A stretch of 57,060 bases of DNA, the filler included, from Dugesia japonica (Eukaryota), in NCBI GenBank assembly GCA_001938525.1. It is 4 parts of 4 records of this genome, joined end to end, with 100 filler letters (N's around TTAATTAATTAA, not from the genome) between each part and the next. Parts side by side here need not be neighbours in the genome. Positions count along the whole stretch, not along the records: positions 1 to 17,657 come from MQRL01646279.1; positions 17,758 to 28,507 come from MQRL01644503.1; 2 more parts are not named here. One strand, written 5' to 3'. The notes beneath the pieces are model-generated. The model ran no database searches. It worked only from the letters and a program-made list of their open reading frames with translations, and was not told where the DNA came from. Within the stretch, counting starts at the first letter, position 1; each line of letters starts with the position of its first letter. Positions 10,551-24,200 of the stretch are shown here, in pieces. The position numbers were made by a program, and so were the translations under genes.

Positions 10551-10949
10551 NNNNNNNNNNNNNNNNNNNNNNNNNNNNNNNNNNNNNNNNNNNNNNNNNN
10601 NNNNNNNNNNNNNNNNNNNNNNNNNNNNNNNNNNNNNNNNNNNNNNNNNNNNNNNNNNNNNNNNNNNNNNNNNNNNNNNNNNNNNNNNNNNNNNNNNNNN
10701 NNNNNNNNNNNNNNNNNNNNNNNNNNNNNNNNNNNNNNNNNNNNNNNNNNNNNNNNNNNNNNNNNNNNNNNNTTTCATAAGATAAATAATATTTAAATAC
10801 TAGAATTTCAATTTTAATATTCAGATAACTCAATTTCTATTGAAGGTTTTTAATTTAGAATTATTTCCTCATATCCCTCTTCTTTGGAAACTTCCTTAGT
10901 TTTTTCAAATTTCTTTCTAATCGGTGTTTATTTTCTCCTTTTACTACAT

Positions 10950-13130
10950 ACTACCTTTCATGCATTTTCTCAATTATTCGATAAGATCCTTCAAATGTGT
11001 CTTGATTTTTATTTCTTGTTTCTACGTTTATGAGTACAACATCGCCCAATTTTTTTCCGCATTGGCCCACATTTATCTGTTAATATCTCTTCAAATAAAT
11101 TGGTAGCTTATAAACTCTTTGTATTCTCTTTAGATGCTGTTCTCACTACTTTGGTCTTCTGACGAATTTTACAACTACGAACTATCTTCTGTATTTGTCT
11201 CCACAAATTCTTTGCAATATATTTGTTTCTCCTCCTGTATAACATAATAATTTGTATATTTCTTATATTGTTTCATGCCGTTTGTCATACGGAATTTTCA
11301 TTTTCTTGAGCTCTATGATCTATTCTAAGAGTAAATCTTCTACCGTACAAGTAATATTTGAAATGCATACAGAAATAATAAACAACCAATAACTCTTTTC
11401 GTGTAATGCAGTATCCATTTTCATTACTCTTCATTTAGTGTGATCCATAGGCAACAACTCTTTCTCTTCCTTCTTTATCTTTCTGTGACAATACTGTTGC
11501 AATTGTATCAAAACTGGTATCCGTATCAAATATAAATTCTTTATTTATGTCCGAAAAACACAATATTCGTGCAGTCATTATAGATCTTTTCAGATCCTCA
11601 AAAGTATCATTTATTTCATCTGTCCATTCTAATTTTTTTTGCTTGGTCCGCTACACAACTGCTCTAATATATTTGACTTTCTTGCGTAGTTTTCTATAAA
11701 CTACCTGCAATAATTACAAATTCCGAAGAAACGTCGTAACTTCTTCACACGGCTAGATTTGCCAAATGTTCTTATTGCTTATATTTTGGACGGATCAGTT
11801 CTAACACCATCCATGATAATTATTTGTCCAAGAAACTTGATTTTGCTTTGAAGAAACTGACAGTTTTCTGGATTAATTCTTAAACCAGCCCTTATTATTT
11901 CCATCAATATATTTTCAATAACTTCATAGTGTTTATCTTTATTGTTCGTTAATATCAAAATTTCATCAAGATAAACCATGGCTCCATTGATACCGCCAAC
12001 CACTTTAGTCTTCATCACCTGAAAGGTCCTTGGTGCTGCCGTGATGCCAAATAATATTCTATTAAAACAATATTGTCCGGGTTTTGTACAAACGCCGTTT
12101 TTTATTGAGATTTTTCTTCAGGTTCTACCTAATAGTACGCATTTTCTAAGTCTATTGAACGGAAATATTTTGCTGCATCTTACTTGTTCAGCCTTTCATC
12201 GACATAAGTATCGAAAAGGCTTGTCCTTTCGTTATTGTATTCAATTATCTGAAATCCAAACATATTCTTATGTCTTTCTTTTCCGTTTTCAAAACACAGA
12301 TCAGTGGGGTATTCCGTGGAGATTTTCATTTCCAGATAATATTTTACTCGAAAAAGTTTCGAATAGATTCTTCAATGTTAGATTTTTAGTTCATTGGTTG
12401 TCTATAAGGTTTTAGATTGATTGGTTCGCAACTTGTGGATATTTTGTGTCTTATCAGATATATGGGTCTTACATCCCGTTTATCTGCCATAAAAGCATCT
12501 TTTTTACTTTCAATTATTTTCATTAACCATTGATCATCTTTAATCTTCAAAATATTTAAAGCTCTTGTCAATCGCTCTCCATTTTTAATTTGTCTCACAA
12601 ATTTCGCTTCGATATTACAAAACCTTTTGCATAAGCTGATATCCAAAAGTTTTCTGCATATCTATTCCTCCTATCAGATCTGGTGTTACTCCTTCAGCAA
12701 CTAAGAAACTAATCTCTTTGTAAACTTTCACAATTATCACTCCAATTTTTACTTTTCCAACAATTTCAAGTGTACCATTATTTGCACAACGCAATCTTTC
12801 ATCACTCATTTCTAAATGCATCTCTGGTAATTTATTTAAACAACTCAAACTGATCACGTTAATTCGAGCTCCTGTATCTAATAGACATTCAACTATATTT
12901 CCTTGAATTAATACCGTAACACTTGATCTGCCTTGCAATTTATGGTACAAAATATTTGTTTTCTTTTCTGCTTCAACTGTTTCAACCCATTCTATGTTTC
13001 TATCATCCAAAAAATTTTCCCTCTTTAGGAACCTGTATACTTTTCTGTACCTTTTCCTATATCATCCCACTTTTCGACTCCTTAAGGATAATTATTAACT
13101 TCATTTAACAATGGATAGCTCCAACCAACT
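10950..13130 (-). pseudogene. Ty3/Gypsy pol (PR-RT-RNase H-partial IN), degraded
   Basis: CLLDTGARINVI (protease), EPINLKPYRQP, VYLDEILI (YLDD variant), FIFDTDTS..IATVLSQ, YCITRKELL, TLRIDH, integrase Zn region SCKIRQK..TDKCGP; PR-RT-RH-IN order. Confidence 0.92.
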
Positions 13131-13182
13131 CCTCTACTGGTGAAGCCCTACCTTTTGGGTACTAGCTTTTGGAATCACTTTC

Positions 13183-13800
13183 CTATACTTCNTCATATCC
13201 CTCGTTTATACTGACATCTTCATCTGCAATTGCATGTACTCGATTATATCGGTTTTTTGATCTTTCTGCAGTCATAAATGTCTCACTTGTTCTTTTCAGT
13301 TTTGAATTTATGTAGCACTCTTCTGCTCTATGTCTACTATTACCACATCGTTTACACCTCACTTCTTGACATAGCCTTTTAATATGATTAACCTTTCCAC
13401 AACCAAAACATTTTGTTGGTTTTTTGTTTGGAAAATCTCGACTTATATGTTCTGTTTTATAAAAAATCCAACACTCTACCACTTTTTGCGTTGGACAATT
13501 TGCTTTAGTATGATTGATCTTATGACATAACCAACATTCGATATTTTTTTCCTTTCTTTGCTCAGGATGTCTATTCTTTGTATGATTTACAGGTTTCTGA
13601 TAATTTCGATTTTTAACTCACGCGTAACTTCTATCTGCATCAACTCGATTTCTATTTTTCTCTACTCNATCTACTAACGTNATTGTTTCTTCAATTTCTT
13701 CTATATTCTCTCGTTTCCGCAAAGTCACATCTTCTTCAACATTTTGTTATCTGAACAATATACTAGCATCTTTGCTACGATTTTTTCCTTTGTAAAATCT
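13183..13800 (-). pseudogene. Ty3/Gypsy gag with four CCHC zinc knuckles
   Basis: CWLCHKINHTKANC, CWIFYKTEHISRDF (decayed), CFGCGKVNHIKRLC, CKRCGNSRHRAEEC. Confidence 0.85.
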
Positions 13801-14593
13801 TTATTAGGTTTTGTTTATCAAATCAAAATTAAAAATTACTTAATTTATTTAATTATCATTAATAATTCATTTGTTTCGATGTTAATCCTATCAATACCAA
13901 GCTATCAATAACAATCTAATTTTTTAAACTTTCACAGAATACCATTTTGTCGAAATGTATAATTTAAGTAAACTGACCTAATTTCTCACCATTTATAATC
14001 GAATTAAAGTTTATCTTAACAAATAACGTTTTGTCAATATGTTTCTGTTATTTATCATTATTTTCATATGCATAAATTTCTCTTTGCTTTCTTTGGATGG
14101 CCGTAAATTTTGAGTTATTTGAAGAACTCTTTTTCATAAATTTTCCCAAATATCTAAGTACTATAACCTAAAATATTATATTAAAGAATAAGGAATATGC
14201 ACTTTGATAATTTTATTATTTATTATTTAAATCTGATGTCTCTATATATGACTCCATATCTGCGTAAATAACACAGTAATTCCAATTTATGTTTACAAAT
14301 TTCTAAAATCCAAGTACGATTTCCTTTTTTAATTAACCATTAAGCCTAACAAATTTATTATTAAGTTCCGCTGTTTTATTTTTCCGATTACTATTTATTA
14401 TAATAATTTATTTATTTTTTAAGACAAAATTTTAATTTACTTTTATTGTCAATTGACGAACAAAACTAGGTTGATTAATATAAAAGTACTTTGTTCAAGA
14501 AATATTTAATATGTTATTATAAATAATTGGAAGTAGTCAATTGATAACAAATATTTTTTATCATTTATTTATCATTTTTATCTNNNNNNNNNN

Positions 14594-14700
14594 NGGGAGG
14601 GTCAGACCTTTGTTACGTCATATTTGAAGGGAGTCTGATGTTTTGTAACGAGAGTTATAACGGTTTGTAAAATTGCGTGACATAATTTATTGACAGCCAC
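14594..14700. repeat. End of a MITE-like DNA element
   Basis: GC-richer segment ending GCGTGACATAATTTATTGACAGCC, resembling common invertebrate GGCTGTCCATAAATTACGTCACGC-type TIRs. Confidence 0.4.
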
Positions 14701-17700
14701 AAACCTTTAAAAATCTCTCATTTTTTTGTAATATTATTATTAATCAATTTTTTTTTTAATAACATATAAAATTATTTTTCAGATCAATTTCCAGAATTTT
14801 TAATTCAATTATTTTTCAATTTCAATTTCTTTATTTTTCTCATTAATTTGTATTAATATTTGTCTTCATTTTCATAATCTTTATCGTTGAAAATAATATA
14901 TCTTTTCTAAACGGTTTTGAACTAATTATACAGATATTTCTTAAATGTTTCTATAAATAATCATTGTTAAGTAAATTGCAATTTCTAACAAATCCCTAGA
15001 GATAATTAATTTATAATTTGAGTATGTAAATATCAAAATAAAAAATATACATTCTCTGTTTTATGAGCTTATTAAATATTTCGACGAGTCTTGATCAGAA
15101 ATGATTGTCCAGTCATACAATTCTAATGGAAACTAAATTAAAATTAATTTCAATCAAATCAATTATTATTGGTTAAAAAATTACATTAGATTCATTGAAA
15201 ATATTTCCGATTAATTTGCATAATTATTTTATGACTTTATTGGATTTCAAAAAATTGTATTTGATAAATACAGATCTAAAGTTAACAAGTTAAAATAATT
15301 ATGACTTCATATCTTAACTATATTTCTTCATTAATGTTGTTTTTCAACCTAACTCTCGTTTGCTTCCAAATTGATAATTAATGTTATGGCAAAATTAGAT
15401 TCCTCTGAATTTATATATTAATTTTGATGTTTCTTTGATTTTGTATTTTTTACAATTCAAATTACGGAATTTTTTTATCTTTAACATTTCAATTTTTTTT
15501 AATCTTGATTCCTTTTTTAACATGTGAATGTGTTAATTCCTGAAGTAGTCATAATTATCTTTTAAAATTGAGTGAAAAATCGAAAGGAGCCTAAATTTCT
15601 TTGATAAAATTGTTGTGGGAAAAACTGGTTGTATTTTACTATAATAAATTTTACAGACAAACATTAGAAAAATATGTCTTCTAAACTTTAAAATTAAGAA
15701 TAATTTCAGAATTATTAATAACAGTTTTTGTTTCTGATATTTGAATAAATTTTTTTATTTGAAATTGGATAATAAATATAAACAAATAAAAATTTATTAT
15801 TTTAGAGTATTTCCGATAGGAAATATGTTCTAATGAAAGTAACATAACATTTCAATAAAATATAAATAATAATCTTTAAAAAAAATGTTTTTCTTCAGTC
15901 TATGTAAATATATTTCTATTTTTTGTTAAATTTTAAATTGGAATTGTTTAAATGTACTGANNNNNNNNNNNNNNNNNNNNNNNNNNNNNNNNNNNNNNNN
16001 NNNNNNNNNNNNNNNNNNNNNNNNNNNNNNNNNNNNNNNNNNNNNNNNNNNNNNNNNNNATTAATGAAAAACATATAAATTACAATTTTCTAACTAAATT
16101 TCTTTTTGACAAAAATAATTTTATTAATAATTATTAATTATTTTTTTATGATTGAATTATTGTTGAGAAACATTTCGTTGGTTATTCAATACTCAAAAAC
16201 AATAAACAAAATAAAGAATTAAATTTTGCTGACTATTTAAACAACATTTTGTATATTCGAAATTTATCTTAATGAACTTTTGTTAATAATTTTTATCTTA
16301 TCATATTTCACATTTCAATTATCAAAATAAATATTTTATTTTTTTTGAATTATTCAACTAAATATTTTATTATAATTTCTTGAAAGAATTTAATCTACTG
16401 AAATAGGCTTAATGATATGTTTATAAAAAATTCAATTTANNNNNNNNNNNNNNNNNNNNNNNNNNNNNNNNNNNNNNNNNNNNNNNNNNTGCAAAACAAG
16501 GAAATGAACCACTGAAATTAATAAAAATAAAATAATGCCATTTAATAAAATATTTTTTGACAATTAATTTCGATGAAATAGCTGTCATCATAAAACAATT
16601 AAAAATCATTAAAATACTCTATTTACAAAGTTTAAATGATCATGTAATTTCAAGTATGTTTTCTCAATAAACAATCAATAAAATAATTTTAAGAGAATCC
16701 ATCATTTTAACATTAATTTTAGGATTAAATGTCCTTATCAACAATGCTTTATACACTACTTTCTCCTAATTATTATTAAATTCATTTAAAAATATCTTAA
16801 AATCATAAAAATCCATTGAATTTAAAGATCTTCTTCGAAGAGAAGATAAACTGCTAAATCACTGTCGTGTCAGGAATAATGGATAACAATTATTCCATTT
16901 GAACGAGTAATTCCTAGTAAGTGCAAATCAGTAGCTTATGCTGATTACTTCCATACCCATTTTACACACCACCGTCACTACGACCGACTGAAGGGTTTGG
17001 TGACATCGCTGTATTCCGATTTAAGAAATGACAAGATTTATATAAATGGGAAAGGACAAACTTTGGCATTTAGAGAAAGTAAATGTCGTAAATTCACGTT
17101 CATAAAAAAAGATTTCAAAGAAATAAAAATGGCAATGGATTAAAACCATAAAATTATTTTGTTGTAAAGTTATTTGAATAAAAAAAATTCATGTTATTTA
17201 TGAAAACCATTTGATTCCAAAACGAATTTTAGAATAAAAACTAAATTCAAACCAAATAATAACAAAATAAATAATTATTGTTAATTGTTTATAAAAATAC
17301 AGTATTAGTTAATTTGATATTTCATTGACATCATAAACAAATAATTACATCATAATAAATTTTTTATAAATTTTATTACAAAACATTTTAAAATAAAAAT
17401 AATATAATACAATATAAATATTTACAAATATGATATTTAAATGAGAAAATCTTTGGCTTGAGTAAATAGATAGTAGTGGCAAGATAGATAGTAAAAATTC
17501 ATCCCAAACTGACCGATCCCGAGGAAATAATTGACCGAATCACCCAAAAATTACTTAAACTGACCTCACCGGTTCAAAAAATTAACCTTATTCAACCTCA
17601 CTGAGAAAAGTTCAGACCAAATTCATCAGAACCAATCAAAAATCAACCGCATTCGACNNNNNNNNNNNNNNNNNNNNNNNNNNNNNNNNNNNNNNNNNNN

Positions 17701-18212
17701 NTTAATTAATTAANNNNNNNNNNNNNNNNNNNNNNNNNNNNNNNNNNNNNNNNNNNNAAAAGAAAATTTTTTTTGTGGTTTGTTTACAAATTTTGTTTAC
17801 ATTTAAAAACCATTTGGATTGCAAAAAATTAAAAGATTTGTTATTTAAGAAAGCTTTTTGGTGTCTTTAAATTTGATATTATAATTGATTAAATTGGTAT
17901 GCATAATTAGTTACGTAACCAAAACTTTTAATATATAAGCATTTTATAATTAAAATTAAGGATTAAATCTGAAGATGACAGATATTCTATGCAGTACAAA
18001 ATGATATATTTAAATGGCGTTTCGATGTTTTTATAACAAATTGCCGTTTCCTTCGATTATTTAAATATTAAAAGTATTTCATTTTAATTAACTAATAAGA
18101 TTTTAATTTAAAATCAAAAGATTGATTGAACAATAAATACAATAGTTTAATTTTCAAATCGATGATTTAAAATTTTAAAATTGTAAACATTCAAAATTAA
18201 TTTCAAATTTAG

Positions 18213-21200
18213 GTTTTCAAGACTTTTTAAATCGAATAGTCATAATGTACTTGAGAAAAGTAAAACAGAAATAAAATCTAAATCTATTTTAAATGAGGGG
18301 TAAAATTTAAGTTTTATTTCATATAAAAATAATATTACTAGCAATCGCGATCTAACTAGTGAATGCTTTGCATTAAAAGATCCAAATAGGCAACAAATAA
18401 ATGGCTGGTCTTTACCTCGTTTGACACAAAATTTAACACCTGATCTTCCGATGCCGATTTATTGCAGACCATTATTAGAAAATCAATGTGGTTTAGAGGT
18501 AAATGTTTCATTGAATTTCATATGAATTTCTATTATTATTATTAAATTATTTTTATTATTACTTTGAAATTTTTTTAAATTTTAACGTAATCAGTACAGT
18601 TTCAATATTTGTATTTTATTAAATTATTTGTTTATGTATTTGCAAAATGTATTATTTTATCAGTCTGACTCTTTAATAATTTCAACTCTTGAATTTTCAA
18701 TGGTCATAGAAAATTAAAAGTACTTGTTTTCATTAAGAAAGTAAATCCCGGTATATTCGAAATTATATTATAATTTTATCATAAATTATCAATGATCTTC
18801 CTTGTGAATCATAGGTATTAAATAATTTCAAAAAAGTTCCTTTTTATCAACTTTAATGTTTTCATTTATTATTTTTTAATAAAGTTCATTTCAATGACTG
18901 AGGTGAGTATGCTTTTGCTTTTTGAATAAATAATGAATTTAATCTGCTTGATTTATTAAAAAAGTTAAATTCTATAAAAATAATATTTTCTAAAATTCTC
19001 TTACATAAAATTATTTAAAAACGAAAAATCTTGGCGGTTGAAGAAAAATATAAATTTTGCACTTTTAAAAAATAATTTTAATATAAAATAATAAATATAA
19101 TTTTCATGATAATATATAATAAATGTTAATATATAATAATAAAATAAAAAGTGAACAAAGAAAATATTTTCCAACACAATAAATAATTAGAAAGTTGTAA
19201 AGGTACTGAAATTTTTTTTGTTATAATATTTTTAAAAAAATATTTAAATAAAATTGTGAATTGCTAAAAATTCATGTAGAAAATTTTGAATATCGTTTTA
19301 GTGTATTTTTAACTTTTTTGAAGTGGTTGTATGCCATTTTTAGTCTTCTATAAAAGTGTGAATCTCATCGAGTTTCCCACACAAGCTATTCTTAGTATGA
19401 AATTCTTGGACCAGTATTTCCTACTAACCTTGATGTTAGTGATATGTTTTTCATGGTTCCGAAAGCTAATATTACGTGTTTGGTTTAATTAGTTTTGGTC
19501 TGTTAAATAACAAGACTGAAATAATCATCTATTAAACNNNNNNNNNNNNNNNNNNNNNNNNNNNNNNNNNNNNNNNNNNNNNNNNNNNNNNNNNNNNNNN
19601 NNNNNNNNNNNNNNNNNNNNNNNNNNNNNNNNNNNNNNNNNNNNNNNNNNNNNNNNNNNNNNNNNNNNNNNNNNNNNNNNNNNNNNNNNNNNNNNNNNNN
19701 NNNNNNNNNNNNNNNNNNNNNNNNNNNNNNNNNNNNNNNNNNNNNNNNNNNNNNNNNNNNNNNNNNNNNNNNNNNNNNNAAAATTCAGCTAGGAACATGA
19801 TAGTGTCAAAGATTATGAAGACTTCAGGAATCGAAGAAAAGATCAGTTAGATTGTTCGAAAAGATAGAAGACAAATTAAGATATCATTTGTTACGAAATC
19901 TGAATCTTTTCACATGATCATGAAATCAACAGACAATAAATGTATTGCTTAAAGTCACATTTAGTTTCGTTGAAGTTGTAAAGAAAAAAACTGTGTATTT
20001 TATATTGGAATTTTTATCTTATTTACTATTTAAGAAAAATATTTACGGAAATTCTAAATTCTTTAGTTATAAACATTAGTTATAAACAATATAGTTGTTT
20101 CATCTAATGACGTCTTACTTGAAAATACTTCATTGAGTAGCTTTTTAACTCTAATTTCAAAATTTCGATATTTTTCATTTGGTTTCTGCATTTTTTCTGA
20201 CTTTCGAAACTTTATCAACCAATGTTTTCTGAATAATGAATGATTCTTGAAACCAACGTTCACAAATTTCATTAGATAATTTCTCAACTTCTTTTGTTTT
20301 CCCAACAATAATTCCTTAGCATTAGCATATCAAATGCAAACGATAATTCCATCTGATTGTACGACGCAAATTCTTTTGTTGTTTAAAGACACTCTTTATC
20401 TGTATCTGACACTCTTTAAATCCATCAAAGAATCTCGGCTTTGAAATTAGTAACTCCAGAGTTGAAGACGGTAATTTCGACAAAAAGTTTTGTCTTTCAT
20501 CTTTTTCTTTGGTTGCCATCGTGTTCACTGTAACGTGGTCGCCAGTTAGAACACAAGATTCTTCCATAAATATTTATTTATTAAAATTCAAATAATAATT
20601 GCAAAACTGATAATACATGGGCTGTTTTTAAGTTCTGCATATGGCGGCATATAAGCTTCCGATAATAAAATTTTATATTGTAAAACAGACACCAATATTT
20701 AAGTAATTGATATTCAATGTTTTGTTTAAATTTATCAATTCATTTATTAGTAGTGATTATTTTAAAATCTCAATAAACAGAAAAAATGTATTTACGCAAA
20801 GAAAATATTTGGGCAATAATTTTCTATAATTATCGAAGAGGATTTTCTCAAGAACAATGCCGATCCGAGATGATGTATGTTTTGGGGGATAAAGTACCAC
20901 ATCAGTCGACAATTTCACGCTGGTACGGCAACTTAAAACGTGGACGCTCTAATCTCACATATGACCGAAGAAATGGTGCACCAAGAACAGTAGTCATCCA
21001 AGAAAATATTGATCCTCTGCGTCAGCTAATCAAGGAAGATCGACATGCGACATATAGTAAGATGGAGTCTTACTTGGGAATTTCAAAGACCTCATTGCGA
21101 AAAATCCTGCATGAAAAATTGGGTGTAAGAAAATTAGTTTCCCGTTGGATCCCACATCTGCTACCTAATGAACAGAAAATGGCTCGTGTCAATTGGTGCC

Positions 21201-24200
21201 AAAAAACTTTGACCAGTTTTAACAACAAGCTTAAAAAATATCTGCAGCATTATGTATGGTTACGAATCTTGGATTTACTCATACAAGCCTCAGAATAAAC
21301 GTCAATCTTTTGTTTGGGTAATCCAACAAAAGTTATTCGTACCCGTAGTGTGTCAAAGAAGATGGTGGCAACCTTTGTCGCAAAAGCAGATCATGTCGCT
21401 ACAATCGCTCTGCACAATCAGAATACGGTGACTGCGCATTGTTATACAACAGTTTGTTTGCCAAAATTATTTTCAGTACTCCGAAAAACAAACAGAAGAC
21501 GAAAAAATATCCTTCACCATGATAATGCCANATCACATACCGCTCAAATGACAACTGAATTTCTAGCTTCTCAAAACATCGAACTATTGGATCATTCTCC
21601 GTACAGACCTGCTCTGAGCCCCAACTATTTCTTTTCGTTCCATAAGATTTAGAATAAACTTCGTGGTCAACGGTTTCAGTCACCAGAAGAGGCAGTAGAT
21701 GCTTTCAAGATAGAAATTTCGGCCGTCACAGCTGATGAGTGGAATAACTGTTTTAACAGTTGGTTTGAACGCATGCAAAACTGTATTAATCTTGATGGAG
21801 AATATTTTGATAAACAATAAAACATTTTGAGTCTTTTTAGTCTTATTTTTATGGCTGTATGCAGAACTTAAAAGACAACNTACATATTTAAACAAAGTTT
21901 ATATATCAGTTTATAACTGTCAAAGATATAACTGTCTCTATAAATGAATAGCAAGTTCCCAGAGATAAATAAAGCATCTATATTATTTCGCGACACCAAC
22001 ATAATTTCCACAGGCTGAGCACCACTGTTGCAATTGATTATTATATTTTTAAGCTAAAAGTTATAAATTTTTTAAGATTTTTCTAATTTTCAATAAAGTT
22101 TTTATTTGTTTCAATTTTCTTTTGATGTTAAAACTGTAAATACCCGTGAGTTATTTTCATTGAATTTAAATGACAGCTGTTAATCTGTAATAGATTCTTA
22201 ATTTTAAAATTTAGGCCTAAAAACTCGATAAAACGGCTTATCTTTTAAAAATGAAATTTAATAAATTTTCGGTAATATTTGAAATTTTGTGTCGCTAAAA
22301 TAAACTTTTAAAAATTTAATTTTTAATTTTGTAAATAAATTTCAACATTTTATCATATTANNNNNNNNNNNNNNNNNNNNNNNNNNNNNNNNNNNNNNNN
22401 NNNNNNNNNNNNNNNNNNNNNNNNNNNNNNNNNNNNNNNATTGATGATAAATTTCAATCTTAAATTTGATCTTTTTGAATGAAATGTTTTTGAAGGAACT
22501 GATATCATAGGTAATTCTCTTTATAAAAATAAATTTTCTATCTGGTGAGAATTGTAACACTTTAAATAGCGAAAGAAATTTCTAAAATTATTTTTTGATT
22601 TACACTCTTCATTTTTGTAAAAGTATAAGTTAAAACCAATTTTTTTTAATTCTTCATCAAATGATATATTTATGTAATTGGTTGTTACTTTGTTGATTGT
22701 GATAACAACCGACACAAACGGTTTAAAAATAGTTTTCCAGTAATTAGCAAAGCGCTTTTAATATTCATTATTTTGCATTATATATTATTTTAATACATAA
22801 ATATTGACAATATTGGTGNNNNNNNNNNNNNNNNNNNNNNNNNNNNNNNNNNNNNNNNNNNNNNNNNNNNNNNNNNNNNNNNNNGCTAATATAGATATAT
22901 AATTTAGATTACTTGTGCTGTTTCAGTAAATTTTTCGAGAGGATTAAATTTGAAAAATAATACTTATGTCGGCTCTAGCATATTTTATGGTAAAAATATT
23001 TTATATCCAGACTTTTCGAAAACTGAAGGAAACATGAAAGTTATACTTTATACATTATTTATATTTATTGATGTTTAGCAAGAAAATATAAATAAAACTG
23101 AAACGTTATTCAATACGAATTTCGATAATAATGGAAGTCATGTGTGGATATGTACATCATCTGATAATCAAAGTCAAATTATAATTGTTGATGCCAATAA
23201 GCCTGCTGATTATTTAGATGCATTTATTATTCAAAACTCACCAGTTCAATGTATGGGTAGTGTGCCAGGTATATATTTTAAAGTAAAATATTTAAAATAA
23301 AATATTGAAAATTATAAAAATATTGTTGAATAATTTTGATAAGAGAATACTGTTAATGTAAGTGATAAGAGAAAATTATCAACATCAAGACTATATGTAT
23401 ATGTTGTGATTTAATAAAAGGATAATATCAATGGTTAAACAAATGTACTATACTTTTATCCAGTAAACAGTATATCTTTTGGGTTAAATTGTCTAAATCA
23501 ATTATTGCACAATGTAATAAAGTGCTTTTTCACAATTATCAATCAATACAGTTCACACATCACATCGAAACTTGCACCTAAAATGTACACCCCCTAGCGT
23601 GCATACACACCCTTTTTGATCTGATCGCCAAAAAATTTTAATTAAAATAAAATTATACAGATATAAAAAAAGAATAAATGAAAACAAAAAAATGGATCAT
23701 ATCAAAGAAATTGAATAAAAAATGTATAATCCACTAGATCAGAAATCTATAATTGATCAGCGGTGGGTGTTGTGGCTACATGCGCCACTATCTCCTTATT
23801 GATATCAAAATCCATCTAAAACAACTTGTCGACAATATTGTTTATTGGAGTTGAAATATCAACATTATATCTGTTGGGTTTTTAGGATTTTGATGATTAA
23901 TTTTTTTAAAATTCTCTGATCTCGCTTTCATTTAAATATTTTCTTCGTCATGTCTAGGGACATAACTAAAAACCACAAGCATTTGTGTCGCCTCTGTGAC
24001 ATGCTCCTCTTTTCCACGGGTTCAGCGCGACTATGTGGTATCGCGTCTTGCTAAATTTATGAACCCTGACAGCAATAACTCCCATGCTCAGTAAACAAAA
24101 ATAAATCTCAAATCGAAAACAGAATTCCGTCAAACTCTACATTTATTTATTATTTTCCGCGAGCGATTACACCTTCACGATGATGGGCATTGGCTGCACT

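Noticed and set aside
10419-10833. Poly-N/poly-Y ORFs
   Set aside because: Translations of an (ATT)n microsatellite plus gap.
17702-17713. TTAATTAATTAA islands inside N runs (also ~28552 and ~44449)
   Set aside because: Identical stop-in-all-frames linker flanked by Ns; a scaffolding artefact.
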